DNA of 64,000 nt from Candidatus Bathyarchaeota archaeon (GTDB lineage: Archaea > Thermoproteota > Bathyarchaeia > Bathyarchaeales > Bathycorpusculaceae): NCBI GenBank assembly GCA_963775685.1, contig CAVZJV010000014.1:1024001-1088000 (forward strand). The letters are read 5' to 3'. Within the stretch, counting starts at the first letter, position 1. Each line of letters opens with the position of its first letter. The notes under the pieces are model-generated. The model was not told the origin of the DNA. It ran no database searches and saw nothing but the letters and a program-made list of their open reading frames with translations. Both the position numbers and the translations under genes were made by a program. This document shows, piece after piece, positions 11,006 through 21,000 of the stretch.

Positions 11006-11227
11006 TTATTCTTCGTCGAATAGGCTAATCATACTTAAAACTTGGGCGATCAATACGTTTCGAAGGTGATCAGCCTCGGTTGCTGTACAGGTGGGTGCTC
11101 TTAAACCGTGAAGATGCAGATCTATATGATCTTCTATTGCCTTGCCCATTGCAGTAACATCAGCTACCAACAAGATTTCCTCGCCACATTCACATGTAAC
11201 TTTTTTCAAGTCTTTGCTTTTCTTCAT
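11006..11227 (-). CDS. Small CECG...HxxxH putative zinc-binding protein
   Basis: TCECGEEILLVAD...M..AIEDH...H; two paralogs in the window. Confidence 0.65.
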   Translation of the reverse strand: MKKSKDLKKVTCECGEEILLVADVTAMGKAIEDHIDLHLHGLRAPTCTATEADHLRNVLIAQVLSMISLFDEE

Positions 11228-11294
11228 TATTTCATCAGCCTAAGAAAGTTATTTGATAAGAAATGATTTTGACAGGCAACTGACAAGAACATCG

Positions 11295-11678
11295 TCATTC
11301 ATGACATTCGCCGGGATGGTCTTTTCCAAATCCGCACATGCTTTCAAGCTGCTGCCTTTCTTTGGTATTTCTTTCGACTTCGCCACTCAAACGAGTTGAT
11401 CGCTTTAAATAATCCTCATGCAATTTTAGAAAATCAAGGCCTGTCCCAGTTACAAAATAACTAGACTCGCCATCGTGAGCTAAAAGTCCACTTCCGATAA
11501 GAGCGCTCAAGTATTTTTCTAATTGGAGAAAACTCAAATTTGCTCCATACATAATTCTAGTTTTTCGGACCTTACTCGATGCGATAGAGAGCATTTCGTG
11601 CACTATATCCAAACTATTACGATTCTTGTTTATTGATCTTTTATCTTTCAAAGACGAGCCAACACACCAACCTTGCAA
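11295..11678 (-). CDS. ArnR1-like winged HTH regulator
   Basis: RNSLDIVHEML..KTRIMYGANLS..LEKYL..YFVT..G. Confidence 0.8.
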   Translation of the reverse strand: MQGWCVGSSLKDKRSINKNRNSLDIVHEMLSIASSKVRKTRIMYGANLSFLQLEKYLSALIGSGLLAHDGESSYFVTGTGLDFLKLHEDYLKRSTRLSGEVERNTKERQQLESMCGFGKDHPGECHE

Positions 11679-12179
11679 CTAATTTGAGCTTCAAGAGATA
11701 ATATTTCCAAAATTAGGGCGATTTGAAAACAAAAGATAGCTCAAACCCTTCATTGTTAGCAAATTGTGTTAGAGTAAAAATTCTTTCCTAAATTCTATGT
11801 CTAAAGTTGTTTGGGATCGGGTTGCATTTGTGATCACTATCTAATCCCTTCGTGACCGAAGTGGACAACTCGAAAACTAAAAGTTTTCTCAGAGAATTTA
11901 GATGTAAGCGTCCAGGTGTTATAAAGTATGAAGGGCAACTAATACAGCCCTAAAAACAGTGTTCAAAGATATAACTCGTCAGGTACACACAGATATAACG
12001 CAAAGCTACAGTTTTCAACTAAAACCTAAATCATCCGAAGTTAAGACGAAAAATTCAAAAATAAAAATCAAACCACAGAAAAAGCCCAAAAAAAGTACAC
12101 ATATTGCTTTGAACATTTCTCTTAGAAAGATTTTGAATTTATTTCAAATTACAAATAAACTAAGAAACAACCAAAAAAA

Positions 12180-12449
12180 TTATTCTTCATCGGAGAAGCC
12201 CAGTTCGTTAGCCTTCCTAAGCACTGCTAAGAGTTCTTTGCCGCGCTGAGATATGCGGTAGCAGCCATTTCCGTCAGGGCACTTAGTCGCTTCGATGAAT
12301 CCTTTTTTTTGGAACTCTGACAGATATTTGTTGAAGCGCAGATAATTCAGGTTTACTTTATACATTATCTTCATTTTTTTCTGAGGAGTCAAGATTGCCT
12401 CCAGGATTTCCATCGTTATAGTCATGCGACTGCGCTTTTGCATCTTCAC
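12180..12449 (-). CDS. ArnR1-like winged HTH regulator
   Basis: RSRMTITMEIL..KMKIMYKVNLN..YRISQRGKELL; GGTGGA SD. Confidence 0.8.
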   Translation of the reverse strand: MKMQKRSRMTITMEILEAILTPQKKMKIMYKVNLNYLRFNKYLSEFQKKGFIEATKCPDGNGCYRISQRGKELLAVLRKANELGFSDEE

Positions 12450-12896
12450 TCCACCTGAACAACGAAACGTGAAAAAGCATTTAAACGATATTTCTCAAAT
12501 CGTTATATATCGCTTTGAACCTCGCTTTATGATTGCCACACAATTTGAAAGAAAACTTCACTTCCGGCAAATTAATCTTAACTGACTGCTAAAAATAGTT
12601 AACCCTAACAAATCCCTTCTTGACAGAAGTGGAAAAGAAACAAAGCAAACCCGAACTAAAAGCCTCAAGTCTCATCTCCAAATAACTAATGAAGAATCAT
12701 AGATGTGTTCACAGAAGAAGGGGTATATTGCATAAACAGGTCTCCAGAAAGAGTTCTCCACTCAAAACTTGTGACGGCGCCCTATTAAATTGTGCTGACA
12801 AAGAAGGGTGTGTACTCTTTAAAAGAGTAATTAGTGACAAAAAAGGTAAATCATATATTCTCAACCTTCTTAATTTAGTCACGTGAACCAAGCAAC

Positions 12897-13709
12897 ATGA
12901 GAGATGAGCCTAAATCAAGCCAGCAATCACCTATTTCCCAATACGAAAAATTAGCGTGCATCATTAATGCCTTGGGCGATCCCGACGCTCTAAAAATCTT
13001 TGATAAAGCATCAACAGAATTCGAAAGCGGCAAGACAACCATAAAAAAACTGAGAATAACACCTAGAAAATACTACAGAAACCTAAAAAAACTAAACGAG
13101 ATAGATTTGATTAACCATTCAGGGAACAAATGCAAATTATCACCCTTTGGCGAACTCTTACATAGACTGCTTTTCAAAGAGATCGCAACCTACCTGCTTG
13201 CAGACCAAAATGTCTCCGATCCACTCAAAAACATCGGCAGCAGAGCTGAACTGACCATAATTGATAGCTACAAAGACTTAGTCAGTGTGCTTATAGCTTC
13301 AATTGAAAAATCAAAATCTGAGATATTCCTCGCTACTAAATACATAGACATGACAGTTATTCAGAGTATTTTAATTGCCTTAGAAAGGAACATTAAAATT
13401 AAAACAATAACAAGCGAGAAAGTGGATTATTCAGGTTTCATGAAGTTACTCGGAGGCTTTGCAAAGAGTTTCAGACCAAACTCGTTGAAATTCATCATAG
13501 GTGGGGAAAACAACTACAGGTCAGGAACCGTTCCGCTGTCTTTTATGATGGTCGACAACGAAATTGCCATTTTTGAAATTCCTGAGGACGAATTCAAACT
13601 TGGTTTCGTTTCCACTGATAAAGAAATTGTAAATACCCTCAGTCGCCTGTTCCAGGAAATTTGGAGTAAATCAAAAGCACTTCATCTTCCGAGTCGAAAA
13701 TTCATTTAA
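12897..13709 (+). CDS. wHTH transcriptional regulator with TrmB/PLD-like C-terminal domain
   Basis: N-terminal ArsR-like HTH (YYRNLKKL..LI...LSPFG); C-terminal SIEKSKSEI..ALERNIKIK..FMMVD..FQEIWSKS. Confidence 0.65.
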   Translation: MRDEPKSSQQSPISQYEKLACIINALGDPDALKIFDKASTEFESGKTTIKKLRITPRKYYRNLKKLNEIDLINHSGNKCKLSPFGELLHRLLFKEIATYLLADQNVSDPLKNIGSRAELTIIDSYKDLVSVLIASIEKSKSEIFLATKYIDMTVIQSILIALERNIKIKTITSEKVDYSGFMKLLGGFAKSFRPNSLKFIIGGENNYRSGTVPLSFMMVDNEIAIFEIPEDEFKLGFVSTDKEIVNTLSRLFQEIWSKSKALHLPSRKFI

Positions 13710-13751
13710 CTAGAATAACGAGGTATCTCCACAATATTTTCAAAGAACCTG

Positions 13752-14600
13752 TTGGCTTATTTTGAGCTCGTAAAAGTTTTCGGTAGCTCAAAATCTACTC
13801 TTTACTATGGTTTTTGTGCCTTCATAGGAAGTCTTCTGGCAGCATCTTGGACCCTTCCCCTGGCAGCATCTTTGGCAGCTGCGACTGCGATAACAATATC
13901 ATCATTTGCCATATACGCTCTAAACGATGTCTACGATGCTGAAATTGATGCAATCAACGATCACAAAAGACCAATCCCATCTGGCCGAATTACGATACAC
14001 CAAGCTAAGATGGTATCAGCAGTACTATTCGTGGTTAGCACAGTAATTGCAGCCGCCGTCAGCCTACCAGTTTTCCTCTTGACTGTATTTTTTTCTGTCT
14101 TAGGAATTGCCTATTCGGCGCCCCCCATAAGATTCAAAGACGGCATGTTCGCCAACATCTGTTGGGGAGTAGGAATAGCAACTGCTATCTTAGCTGGAGC
14201 ATCTGTAACATCAATCAACACCAGTTCAGCTATTGCCGCATTCATCTTTGCTTTTTTAACAGCAGGTTGTGGCCTAACTAAAGATCTAAAAGATCTTGAA
14301 GGAGACAGAGCGATGAACATACATACGCTTCCCTTAATTCTTGGAGAACAAAAAGCGATAAAAACAATGACCATTGCCTCTATTATTGGATTCTCACTTA
14401 TGTTCCTTGGCATTACGTACATAAAAATCAACATAATCGCCTTGTCACCCTTCATCTTAACTACGGCACTGTTTGCCCTAAGCCTAATTGTCCTCTTCAA
14501 GAACCCTAAATCAAAAAAAACCTACAAGAAAGCCTACAAACTACAAGCCTACGCTGGCTCTTTAATAATTATAGCCTTTGTATTAACCGCACTAACATAG
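13752..14600 (+). CDS. UbiA-family prenyltransferase (DGGGP synthase-like)
   Basis: NDVYDAEIDAINDHKRPIPSG, YSAPP, KDLKDLEGD, multiple TM helices. Confidence 0.9.
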   Translation: MAYFELVKVFGSSKSTLYYGFCAFIGSLLAASWTLPLAASLAAATAITISSFAIYALNDVYDAEIDAINDHKRPIPSGRITIHQAKMVSAVLFVVSTVIAAAVSLPVFLLTVFFSVLGIAYSAPPIRFKDGMFANICWGVGIATAILAGASVTSINTSSAIAAFIFAFLTAGCGLTKDLKDLEGDRAMNIHTLPLILGEQKAIKTMTIASIIGFSLMFLGITYIKINIIALSPFILTTALFALSLIVLFKNPKSKKTYKKAYKLQAYAGSLIIIAFVLTALT

Positions 14601-14974
14601 ACAGCACTTTGAATCTATAGCTAAAACAGAGCTCAACTCGCCGTCATTTCTAAACAAAGAGAAGCCAAAAAAGTTGTACCTTTGAGTTGGTTTATAAGTC
14701 GAACTTTTGGCTGAGCGTCGCCTTTAATCCCAGCTAAGTTGGGGCAAACACAAGATGGCAGAATCTCACGCACATATGCTTCTGTCAAGAATTACTGGAA
14801 CACTGTAGTATTTTGCGAACCCAAAAGAAATTCCGATTATGGAGCCACATAGAAAACGGTTAAACATCCATGAAGCACTTTTAGGTTTTTTTCTTCACGC
14901 ATTTTATTTTATCCTTCAACCTTTGTTTTCAGCTTGATGAAAATTTTGCTTTTTTGTAAATCAAACATATCCGG

Positions 14975-15553
14975 TTATGTTTGTGGCTGCGTTTTAGAAG
15001 TATGGCTGTTGGAATGATTCATTTTGCCGAAGATAAAAAAAGTAAAACATGATAATAGGGGAAATAGCCACGTTATAACTATCCAGTATATTTTTAGGAA
15101 CATTATAGATACGTTCAATACTTGAAAGACATCGTCTAGTGAAATTAGAGTTAGAGATGCAAGAAAAACTATAAGCGGCAAGATTGTTTTGAAATTAATT
15201 CTTAGCTTACCGCCATTTTTTGTTTGTCCATAATAAAGGAATATGACAATTAAAGCTGCAGGATAGATAATTTCCATTATTGGCCAAAGTTGCAGTCCAA
15301 AAACAGTATCCAAATTGCCAATAGTGGCCTCTAAGCGATTATCTCCAAATGTTAGTAAAATTACAAATGCTCCAAAGAGTAGAGCTAAGATCTCGTTTTT
15401 GGTATTTTTCAGGTTAAGGTCTTCCTGGTTGCGTGCAAATTTAAAAACACAAAGCAGCTTATAGCGTTGTTTATTCCACTCTGGAGTCTTGGTTAAAAAT
15501 TTATCTATCGTATCATTGATTTTAAGCCAGTTATTTTCTTGGAACCTCAGCAT
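14975..15553 (-). CDS. Hypothetical 4-TM membrane protein (true start probably near 15415)
   Basis: Four hydrophobic segments in the C-terminal 145 aa. Confidence 0.5.
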   Translation of the reverse strand: MLRFQENNWLKINDTIDKFLTKTPEWNKQRYKLLCVFKFARNQEDLNLKNTKNEILALLFGAFVILLTFGDNRLEATIGNLDTVFGLQLWPIMEIIYPAALIVIFLYYGQTKNGGKLRINFKTILPLIVFLASLTLISLDDVFQVLNVSIMFLKIYWIVITWLFPLLSCFTFFIFGKMNHSNSHTSKTQPQT

Positions 15554-15700
15554 GGTGTCTCATAAGTCCATATGTTGAACCGTAGTTCATTAGATGGCAA
15601 TAAATTCTCGGGAAATTCTTGATTCAGCCGGTCCAGCGATAGTAATTCTTAAAAAGACTAGGAAACATTCATTTAGTCTATTCGTGAGGAAGAGACAGGT

Positions 15701-17323
15701 TTGGCAATAGCTATGGGCAAAAAAATCGTTTTAACAGCATCCGCTACAGAAATGAGCGATTTTTTTAACAATCCTTTCATCGCATTTGTGGGAGGCTTTG
15801 GCAAAGGCCCCATCCCCTTAGCCTATGTCAGAAAAACCCTCTATCCACACACCGGACGCAAAGCCAACGGACAGGCAAAGTTTGCGCCCTACGGATTAAG
15901 AAAAGTTGAATCTATCCTGCTTCAAGACGGTTTTTCACCTCAAGACATCGCTGTTGTTCATCCAGATGATTTGCAAAACTTCATTGGGCCAGAAACTAAG
16001 GTTGTCGGCATCTCCTCGATGGATCCCACCGGTATGGGTTACGTTAGCAAAACTTATTCATCCATTGTCGGCGGTGGCGAACCCATGAACGCTATAGAAT
16101 TCAAAAAGCTCGTCATGCACCCAAGCATCAAAAAGTACAAGCCGAAAATAATCGTTGGCGGTTTTGGTTCGTGGCAGCTGGAACGTCAACATGTCTCTGA
16201 TAGCTATGGTATTGACTGTGTTTTAATTGGTGGCAGACCTGGACCTATTGTGGAGCTTTTTAAGAAAGCAGTAAATGGAGATGCAATTCCGCGCATCGCA
16301 AAGGCGGATGAATCTTTAAACAATTGGAACTATAACCAGGAAATGCCGCTAAGCAAAAACGTTGCAATTCACGGTGCGGTAGAGATCTCGAAGGGGTGTG
16401 GCAGGAACTGTCAATTCTGCACGCCAACCATGCAAAACAAGGTTGATGTGCCCTTGGATAAGGTCATGCAGGAAGTTGCCCTTAGCACTGCCCAAGGCAG
16501 CGATCATATAACCTTAATCACAGAGGACCTCTTCATCTACGGCTCAACAGACAAATCATTTATTCCGAATCGTGAAGCGGTTGTGAAGCTGGTTAAAAGC
16601 GTGGCGGATCATCCTGGTGTGAAGAGTATTCAGGCTTCTCACATGTCGTTAGCTCCGGTTTGGCATGATCCTTTGATGATTAAGCAACTTGCTGAAATTC
16701 TCATTGAGAAAAGCTGGTATTCTTTTGGCAAAAAACCGATAATCACTGCGGAGACTGGTGTTGAGACGGGCAGTCCGCGGCTTATGAAGAAGTACATGGC
16801 GGGCAAAATGTTGCCGTTTAAGCCTGAACAGTGGCAAGATGTAGTCACTAACGCGTTTGGCATTCTAAACGATAACGATTGGTATCCGTTGGCAACTTTA
16901 ATCATCGGGTTGCCTGAGGAAAAAGAAGAAGACATACTCCAGACCTTGGAGTTGATGGATAAACTCAAAGGCTACAACGCATTCTATGTGCCGCTCTTCT
17001 TTGTGCCGCTTGAAAACTGTGTTTTGATGAACAAGAAAGGCGCCGAAATGGATTCCCTCTCCAAAGCACGATGGGACTTCTTTATCAAATGCTGGGAATA
17101 TAACATCAAAATCTGGAAACCAACTTTCCTGGAAAACCGCATACCCAACTCACTGCTCTACAAAACCTTCGACAACTTTATCATACCCTACTTTGGCAAA
17201 ATCCTGGGCACATATTATGGTTTAACGCGCGGAGAAAAGAGCGACCAATTAAAACAGGCGGTTTGGCAATTGAGCATGCCTATGCCTGAATCTGAAAAAC
17301 ACAAAATGAAAGACAGAGTTTAG
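15701..17323 (+). CDS. B12-binding-domain radical SAM protein
   Basis: APYGLRKVE, GISSMDP, CxxxCxxC = GCGRNCQFC, GVETGS. Confidence 0.9.
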   Translation: MAIAMGKKIVLTASATEMSDFFNNPFIAFVGGFGKGPIPLAYVRKTLYPHTGRKANGQAKFAPYGLRKVESILLQDGFSPQDIAVVHPDDLQNFIGPETKVVGISSMDPTGMGYVSKTYSSIVGGGEPMNAIEFKKLVMHPSIKKYKPKIIVGGFGSWQLERQHVSDSYGIDCVLIGGRPGPIVELFKKAVNGDAIPRIAKADESLNNWNYNQEMPLSKNVAIHGAVEISKGCGRNCQFCTPTMQNKVDVPLDKVMQEVALSTAQGSDHITLITEDLFIYGSTDKSFIPNREAVVKLVKSVADHPGVKSIQASHMSLAPVWHDPLMIKQLAEILIEKSWYSFGKKPIITAETGVETGSPRLMKKYMAGKMLPFKPEQWQDVVTNAFGILNDNDWYPLATLIIGLPEEKEEDILQTLELMDKLKGYNAFYVPLFFVPLENCVLMNKKGAEMDSLSKARWDFFIKCWEYNIKIWKPTFLENRIPNSLLYKTFDNFIIPYFGKILGTYYGLTRGEKSDQLKQAVWQLSMPMPESEKHKMKDRV

Positions 17324-17382
17324 GCAGTTTCTTCTTCTGACATTTCTTCCATATTTTCTTGTTGTGGCTCTGCTGGCTGTTG

Positions 17383-18222
17383 TTATGTTGTGGGTTGGTC
17401 TTGGGGTTGGTTTTGTGGGGTTTCTTGTGGTTCTTGGGTTGGTGGTTTTAGGATTTTTCTTGCGTGGGTTATGTAACCTGTGTGTCCGGTCATCATTGTG
17501 TTGGGTCGGGTTTTTCCTCTTTCAACTTGCATGGTTCGCATGAGGCATTCGACAGTTTCGATGAAGACAAAGCCGTTTTCGCGCAGCGCCTCGGTGGTTT
17601 TTACGACTTGGTCGATGGTTGGGCTAAAAGAGACAAGGATGCCTGAGGGTTTGAGTGCTGTGTAGGCGTGTGGAACGACTAACCATGGAACGGCAAGGTC
17701 CAAAATTACTGCGTCGACATCTCGTTCTTCATATCCGGTGACTGTGACATCGCCGCTTTTCATTTCTACATAGTCAATCAACTTGGAGCGTTGCAGGTTT
17801 TTTGCGGCGTTTTTCTGGAATTCATTTCGAAGCTCGTAGGTGTAGACTTTTCCTGTTGGTCCAACGTAGTGTGCAAGTGCTGTGGTTAAGGAGGCTGTGC
17901 CTGTGCCTGATTCCACGACTCGGCTTCCTGGTCCGATGCCGCTGAACATGACGATTAGGGCGGCGTCTTTGGGGTAGATGATTTGGGTGTTGCGGCTGGA
18001 TTTCATGATGTAGTCGGTTAAGGCGGGTTTTAGTGTGGTAAAGTAGATGCCTAGACTGCTTTTGATGGGTTCGCCATATTCTTTGCCTATAACTTCGTCT
18101 AGCTTGATGTAGCCTTTGTGGGTGTGGAATGTTTGTCCTGCCTGCATCTTTATCATGTATGTTCGCCGTGCATCCAAATAGATCAGCACGTTGTCGCCGT
18201 CACATATCTTTTCGTTAGCCAA
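17383..18222 (-). CDS. trmI: tRNA (adenine57/58-N1)-methyltransferase
   Basis: TQIIYPKDAA, VVESGTGT, DAVILDL..PW, FSPTIDQV, TGHTGY. Confidence 0.95.
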   Translation of the reverse strand: MANEKICDGDNVLIYLDARRTYMIKMQAGQTFHTHKGYIKLDEVIGKEYGEPIKSSLGIYFTTLKPALTDYIMKSSRNTQIIYPKDAALIVMFSGIGPGSRVVESGTGTASLTTALAHYVGPTGKVYTYELRNEFQKNAAKNLQRSKLIDYVEMKSGDVTVTGYEERDVDAVILDLAVPWLVVPHAYTALKPSGILVSFSPTIDQVVKTTEALRENGFVFIETVECLMRTMQVERGKTRPNTMMTGHTGYITHARKILKPPTQEPQETPQNQPQDQPTT

Positions 18223-18413
18223 CTGACTTGCCTCTTTTGGAAGTGAAACGGGCTTGTTCCATTTAAGCTTTGAACTCTAATGCTTGGAAAAGTTTAGTTC
18301 TTATGTTTGGGTGGGTGGATTTTGCGTTTTGTGTTGAGTTGAATGTTTCAGGTGGTGTTTCATGTTTGGGTGGTTGTTTTTTCTTTGAGGTGCAGTTAAG
18401 GTAAAATGCCTGT

Positions 18414-18770
18414 GTGTGTTTGTGGTTGCTGATGTGTATGTCTAGCCTTGAGTGGAAGTATGCTCAGCCTGTTCAGAGAAGGATTCGAGTTATGAAAGTT
18501 AACCGTCAGGATCGTCATCTTGATGCGCAAAATGTCGATGAGGGGGTTCCTTTCTGTCTTGATGCCGACCAGAGGATCGATTTGGACAAGATAAAGAAGG
18601 CAAAGATTTACGTTGCAACCATCAAAGTGTTCACTGCTGAACTTAACAGTGAGCTTGAGAGGCAGCTAACAGAGATGTCGCTAAAGGACATTGAACTTCG
18701 TCATAGCTTAGAAGTTATGAAGCAATCAGGGTCGCAATTCAAGAAATTTGAGTTAGTAGCAATCAAATAG
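18414..18770 (+). CDS. Hypothetical protein (likely start 18438)
   Basis: Open frame with protein-like composition downstream of an A/T-rich promoter-like tract. Confidence 0.45.
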   Translation: MCLWLLMCMSSLEWKYAQPVQRRIRVMKVNRQDRHLDAQNVDEGVPFCLDADQRIDLDKIKKAKIYVATIKVFTAELNSELERQLTEMSLKDIELRHSLEVMKQSGSQFKKFELVAIK

Positions 18771-18982
18771 TTTTCTAACTGTATCCCTCGCGTTTTGGTT
18801 TAGTGCTGATACTTTGATGAAATAGTTTCTGGAAGCGTTTTGCGGATAAGTCTTAGCTAGACATTAGATTATTTGTTAAGAAGTCGCGCATAACCGGGGG
18901 AGGAAACGCAGTTAACTAACGTTGGATACCTCTCGGTAGATTATAAACGAAAAAACTGCTATCTCTAAGAAAAGAAAATGTA

Positions 18983-19122
18983 TGGTGGGGCTGATCGGAT
19001 TTGAACCGATGACCAACGGGTTTCCCCAAAGTAGACCGCTCCAGAATTTCGTCATCCCCTGTCGGGTCAAGCAATCAATGCTTTCTGGAGCCCGCCGTAC
19101 TACCTGGCTATACTACAACCCC
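18983..19122 (-). tRNA. trnW: tRNA-Trp(CCA) with 63-nt intron at 37/38 (19022-19084) and encoded CCA
   Basis: Reverse complement GGGGTTGTAGTATAGCCAGGTAGTACGGCGGGCTCCAG|intron|ACCCGTTGGTCATCGGTTCAAATCCGATCAGCCCCACCA; acceptor, D, anticodon and T arms pair; bulge-helix-bulge at the junctions. Confidence 0.95.
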
Positions 19123-19345
19123 AAACATTTTCTTGTAAAAACATACAATACAGAATTATAAAAAGACATTGGATTTAAGCAAGAATCTCTTTGAATTTCT
19201 CATAAAGTTTTCGTTTCAACTAAACAAAACAGCAGAGCCATTGCACCTTGGACTTCGGGCTCGGGTCTTACGAATCCAAAACGGAAGGTTAACCAGAAAA
19301 GGTGGCTCTTAGCTTATTTGGTGTTGAATCGGTTTTTGATGGAGG

Positions 19346-20025
19346 TTATTGTATGGTTTTGCTGAATGTTCTTACTGCTTCAGATGCGTTTGTGGTGAGT
19401 GGTTCTCCGTGTCTGGGTAGCATAATTTGGAAGTCAAGTGATGCGATTCTTCGGATGGATTCTTTTTGTTTGTTTGCGTCCCAGACGAACTGTTCGGGTG
19501 CTGCTACGACTTTGTCTGCTTTGAGTCTGAGTGTATCGCCTAGAAAGAGTGCTTTTTGTTCTGTGTTCAGTAAGGCAATGCTTCCTGGTGTGTGTCCAGG
19601 GGTATGGATGATTGTGTATCTGCTGATTTTGTCGCCTTCTTTTAGTTGGATGTCTACTGGGGTTGGGTCTAGTTTCATGAAGGATGAGGCTGCTCTTATG
19701 AGTAGGTTTTTGGGTTTTGGCAGAGGTTTGTTTCCTGAAACGTAGTCTGCATCATCGGTGTGGACTGCTACTTTGGCGTTTGTTAGGGTTTGGAGTTCTC
19801 TGAGGCTGCCGGTGTGGTCAATGTGGTAGTGGGTTATGATAATTGTGGAAACGTCGGTGGGTTGGTGGCCTATTTTTTTGATGTATTGGAGGGTTTCTTT
19901 GCATTGCCTGGCAACCCGGTGTCTACAATAAGAATGTTGGATCCATCGATAATTAGGTAGACGTTGCTGTGAGCTATGTTTCCGCTGGCTTCATCTACTC
20001 TGTGAATACCTTCAATGATTTCCAT
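19346..20025 (-). pseudogene. MBL-fold metallo-hydrolase, frameshifted near 19890
   Basis: NVYLI..IVDTG (upstream frame), THYHIDHTG, HTPGHTPGS, GDTL, PRHG (downstream frame). Confidence 0.8.
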
Positions 20026-20331
20026 CAAAGTAACTCCGTTTGTCTTTTGTGTTGTCGGAAGGATTTTCGAGCTTTTAAACACTGTCCTTTAAGTCAATGT
20101 TGGGGGGAATTTAATGCGCTCTTGCAGGGGTGTTTGTCTGAAACCTTGTTGTTTTTGTCAGTTTGTGGAGGGTGGGGTTTGGGGCGATGTCTGCTAACAA
20201 GCTTGCAGTTTCTTTCTCGTAAGATTCTCCACTTTCTGAGGAATCTGCTCTAGCGGCGAATCTTTTTTGGTTTCTTGGCTTCGGGCGTTGGCCATGCTCC
20301 GGAGGGACTTTGTAATTTACGTGTGAGGTAA

Positions 20332-20735
20332 CTATTTTGTCTGTTGAGGGTCTTTTCGGGGTATTTTTAGGCTGTTGAAGTGCTTGTCAAAAGATATTAT
20401 TGCTTCTGCTTGAATGCTCAGTGCTGTTGAGTATTGGATAGCGTCGTCCATGTCTAGCTTTTGCAGTAATGCTGTTTCCACAGCGTTTATTTCATCTGTT
20501 ATGGTTGTATGGTACATGTGCAGTCCTTTGTATGCGGTAAGGCTTGAGAGGAAGATTTTGAGTTCTTTTAATCTATTAAGGTTGTACATGATTACGATTA
20601 TGGAATGTATTGTGAAATCGGTCACTACACCGGTTTTTTTGCCTCTTCGGATTAGGTCTAGGAAGTTTTCGCATTCTTCTTTTCTATCTTGAAGCAAAAG
20701 GACTTCTAAAAAATGTTGGTGTCAACAAGATACAT
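20332..20735 (-). pseudogene. vapC: VapC PIN-domain toxin, frameshift at a homopolymer near the start
   Basis: MYLVDTNIF start in another frame, then LDMDDAIQ, ISFDKHF. Confidence 0.75.
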
Positions 20736-21000
20736 GATTGAGCACTTTTTTAGCCCAAAGTTTACGGATTTCATGTTGGAGAGTTACTGAATCTATGTCT
20801 ACATCTTTGAGTAGACCTTCTATAGCTTTTACAGGGTCGCCTTCAAAATTTGGATTTTCCTGCTCTGCGGTTGATAACCAATTTAAGATTGCGTCTTCCG
20901 CGGCTTTGCTTAGAGCTCCTTTTGTGTAACCATATCTTTTCATGGCTGCTTCTCTGAATTTTCGTTCCAGTTTAGTGTCGATTTGAACTCTTAAAGACAT
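20722..21000 (-). CDS. RHH-type antitoxin paired with VapC
   Basis: MSLRVQID..FREAAMKRYGYTKGALSKAAEDAI; overlaps the toxin start. Confidence 0.7.
   Translation of the reverse strand: MSLRVQIDTKLERKFREAAMKRYGYTKGALSKAAEDAILNWLSTAEQENPNFEGDPVKAIEGLLKDVDIDSVTLQHEIRKLWAKKVLNHVSC

Noticed and set aside
11959-12249. Lys-rich 96-aa ORF
   Set aside because: Derived from A-rich intergenic sequence and overlaps the wHTH 3' end.
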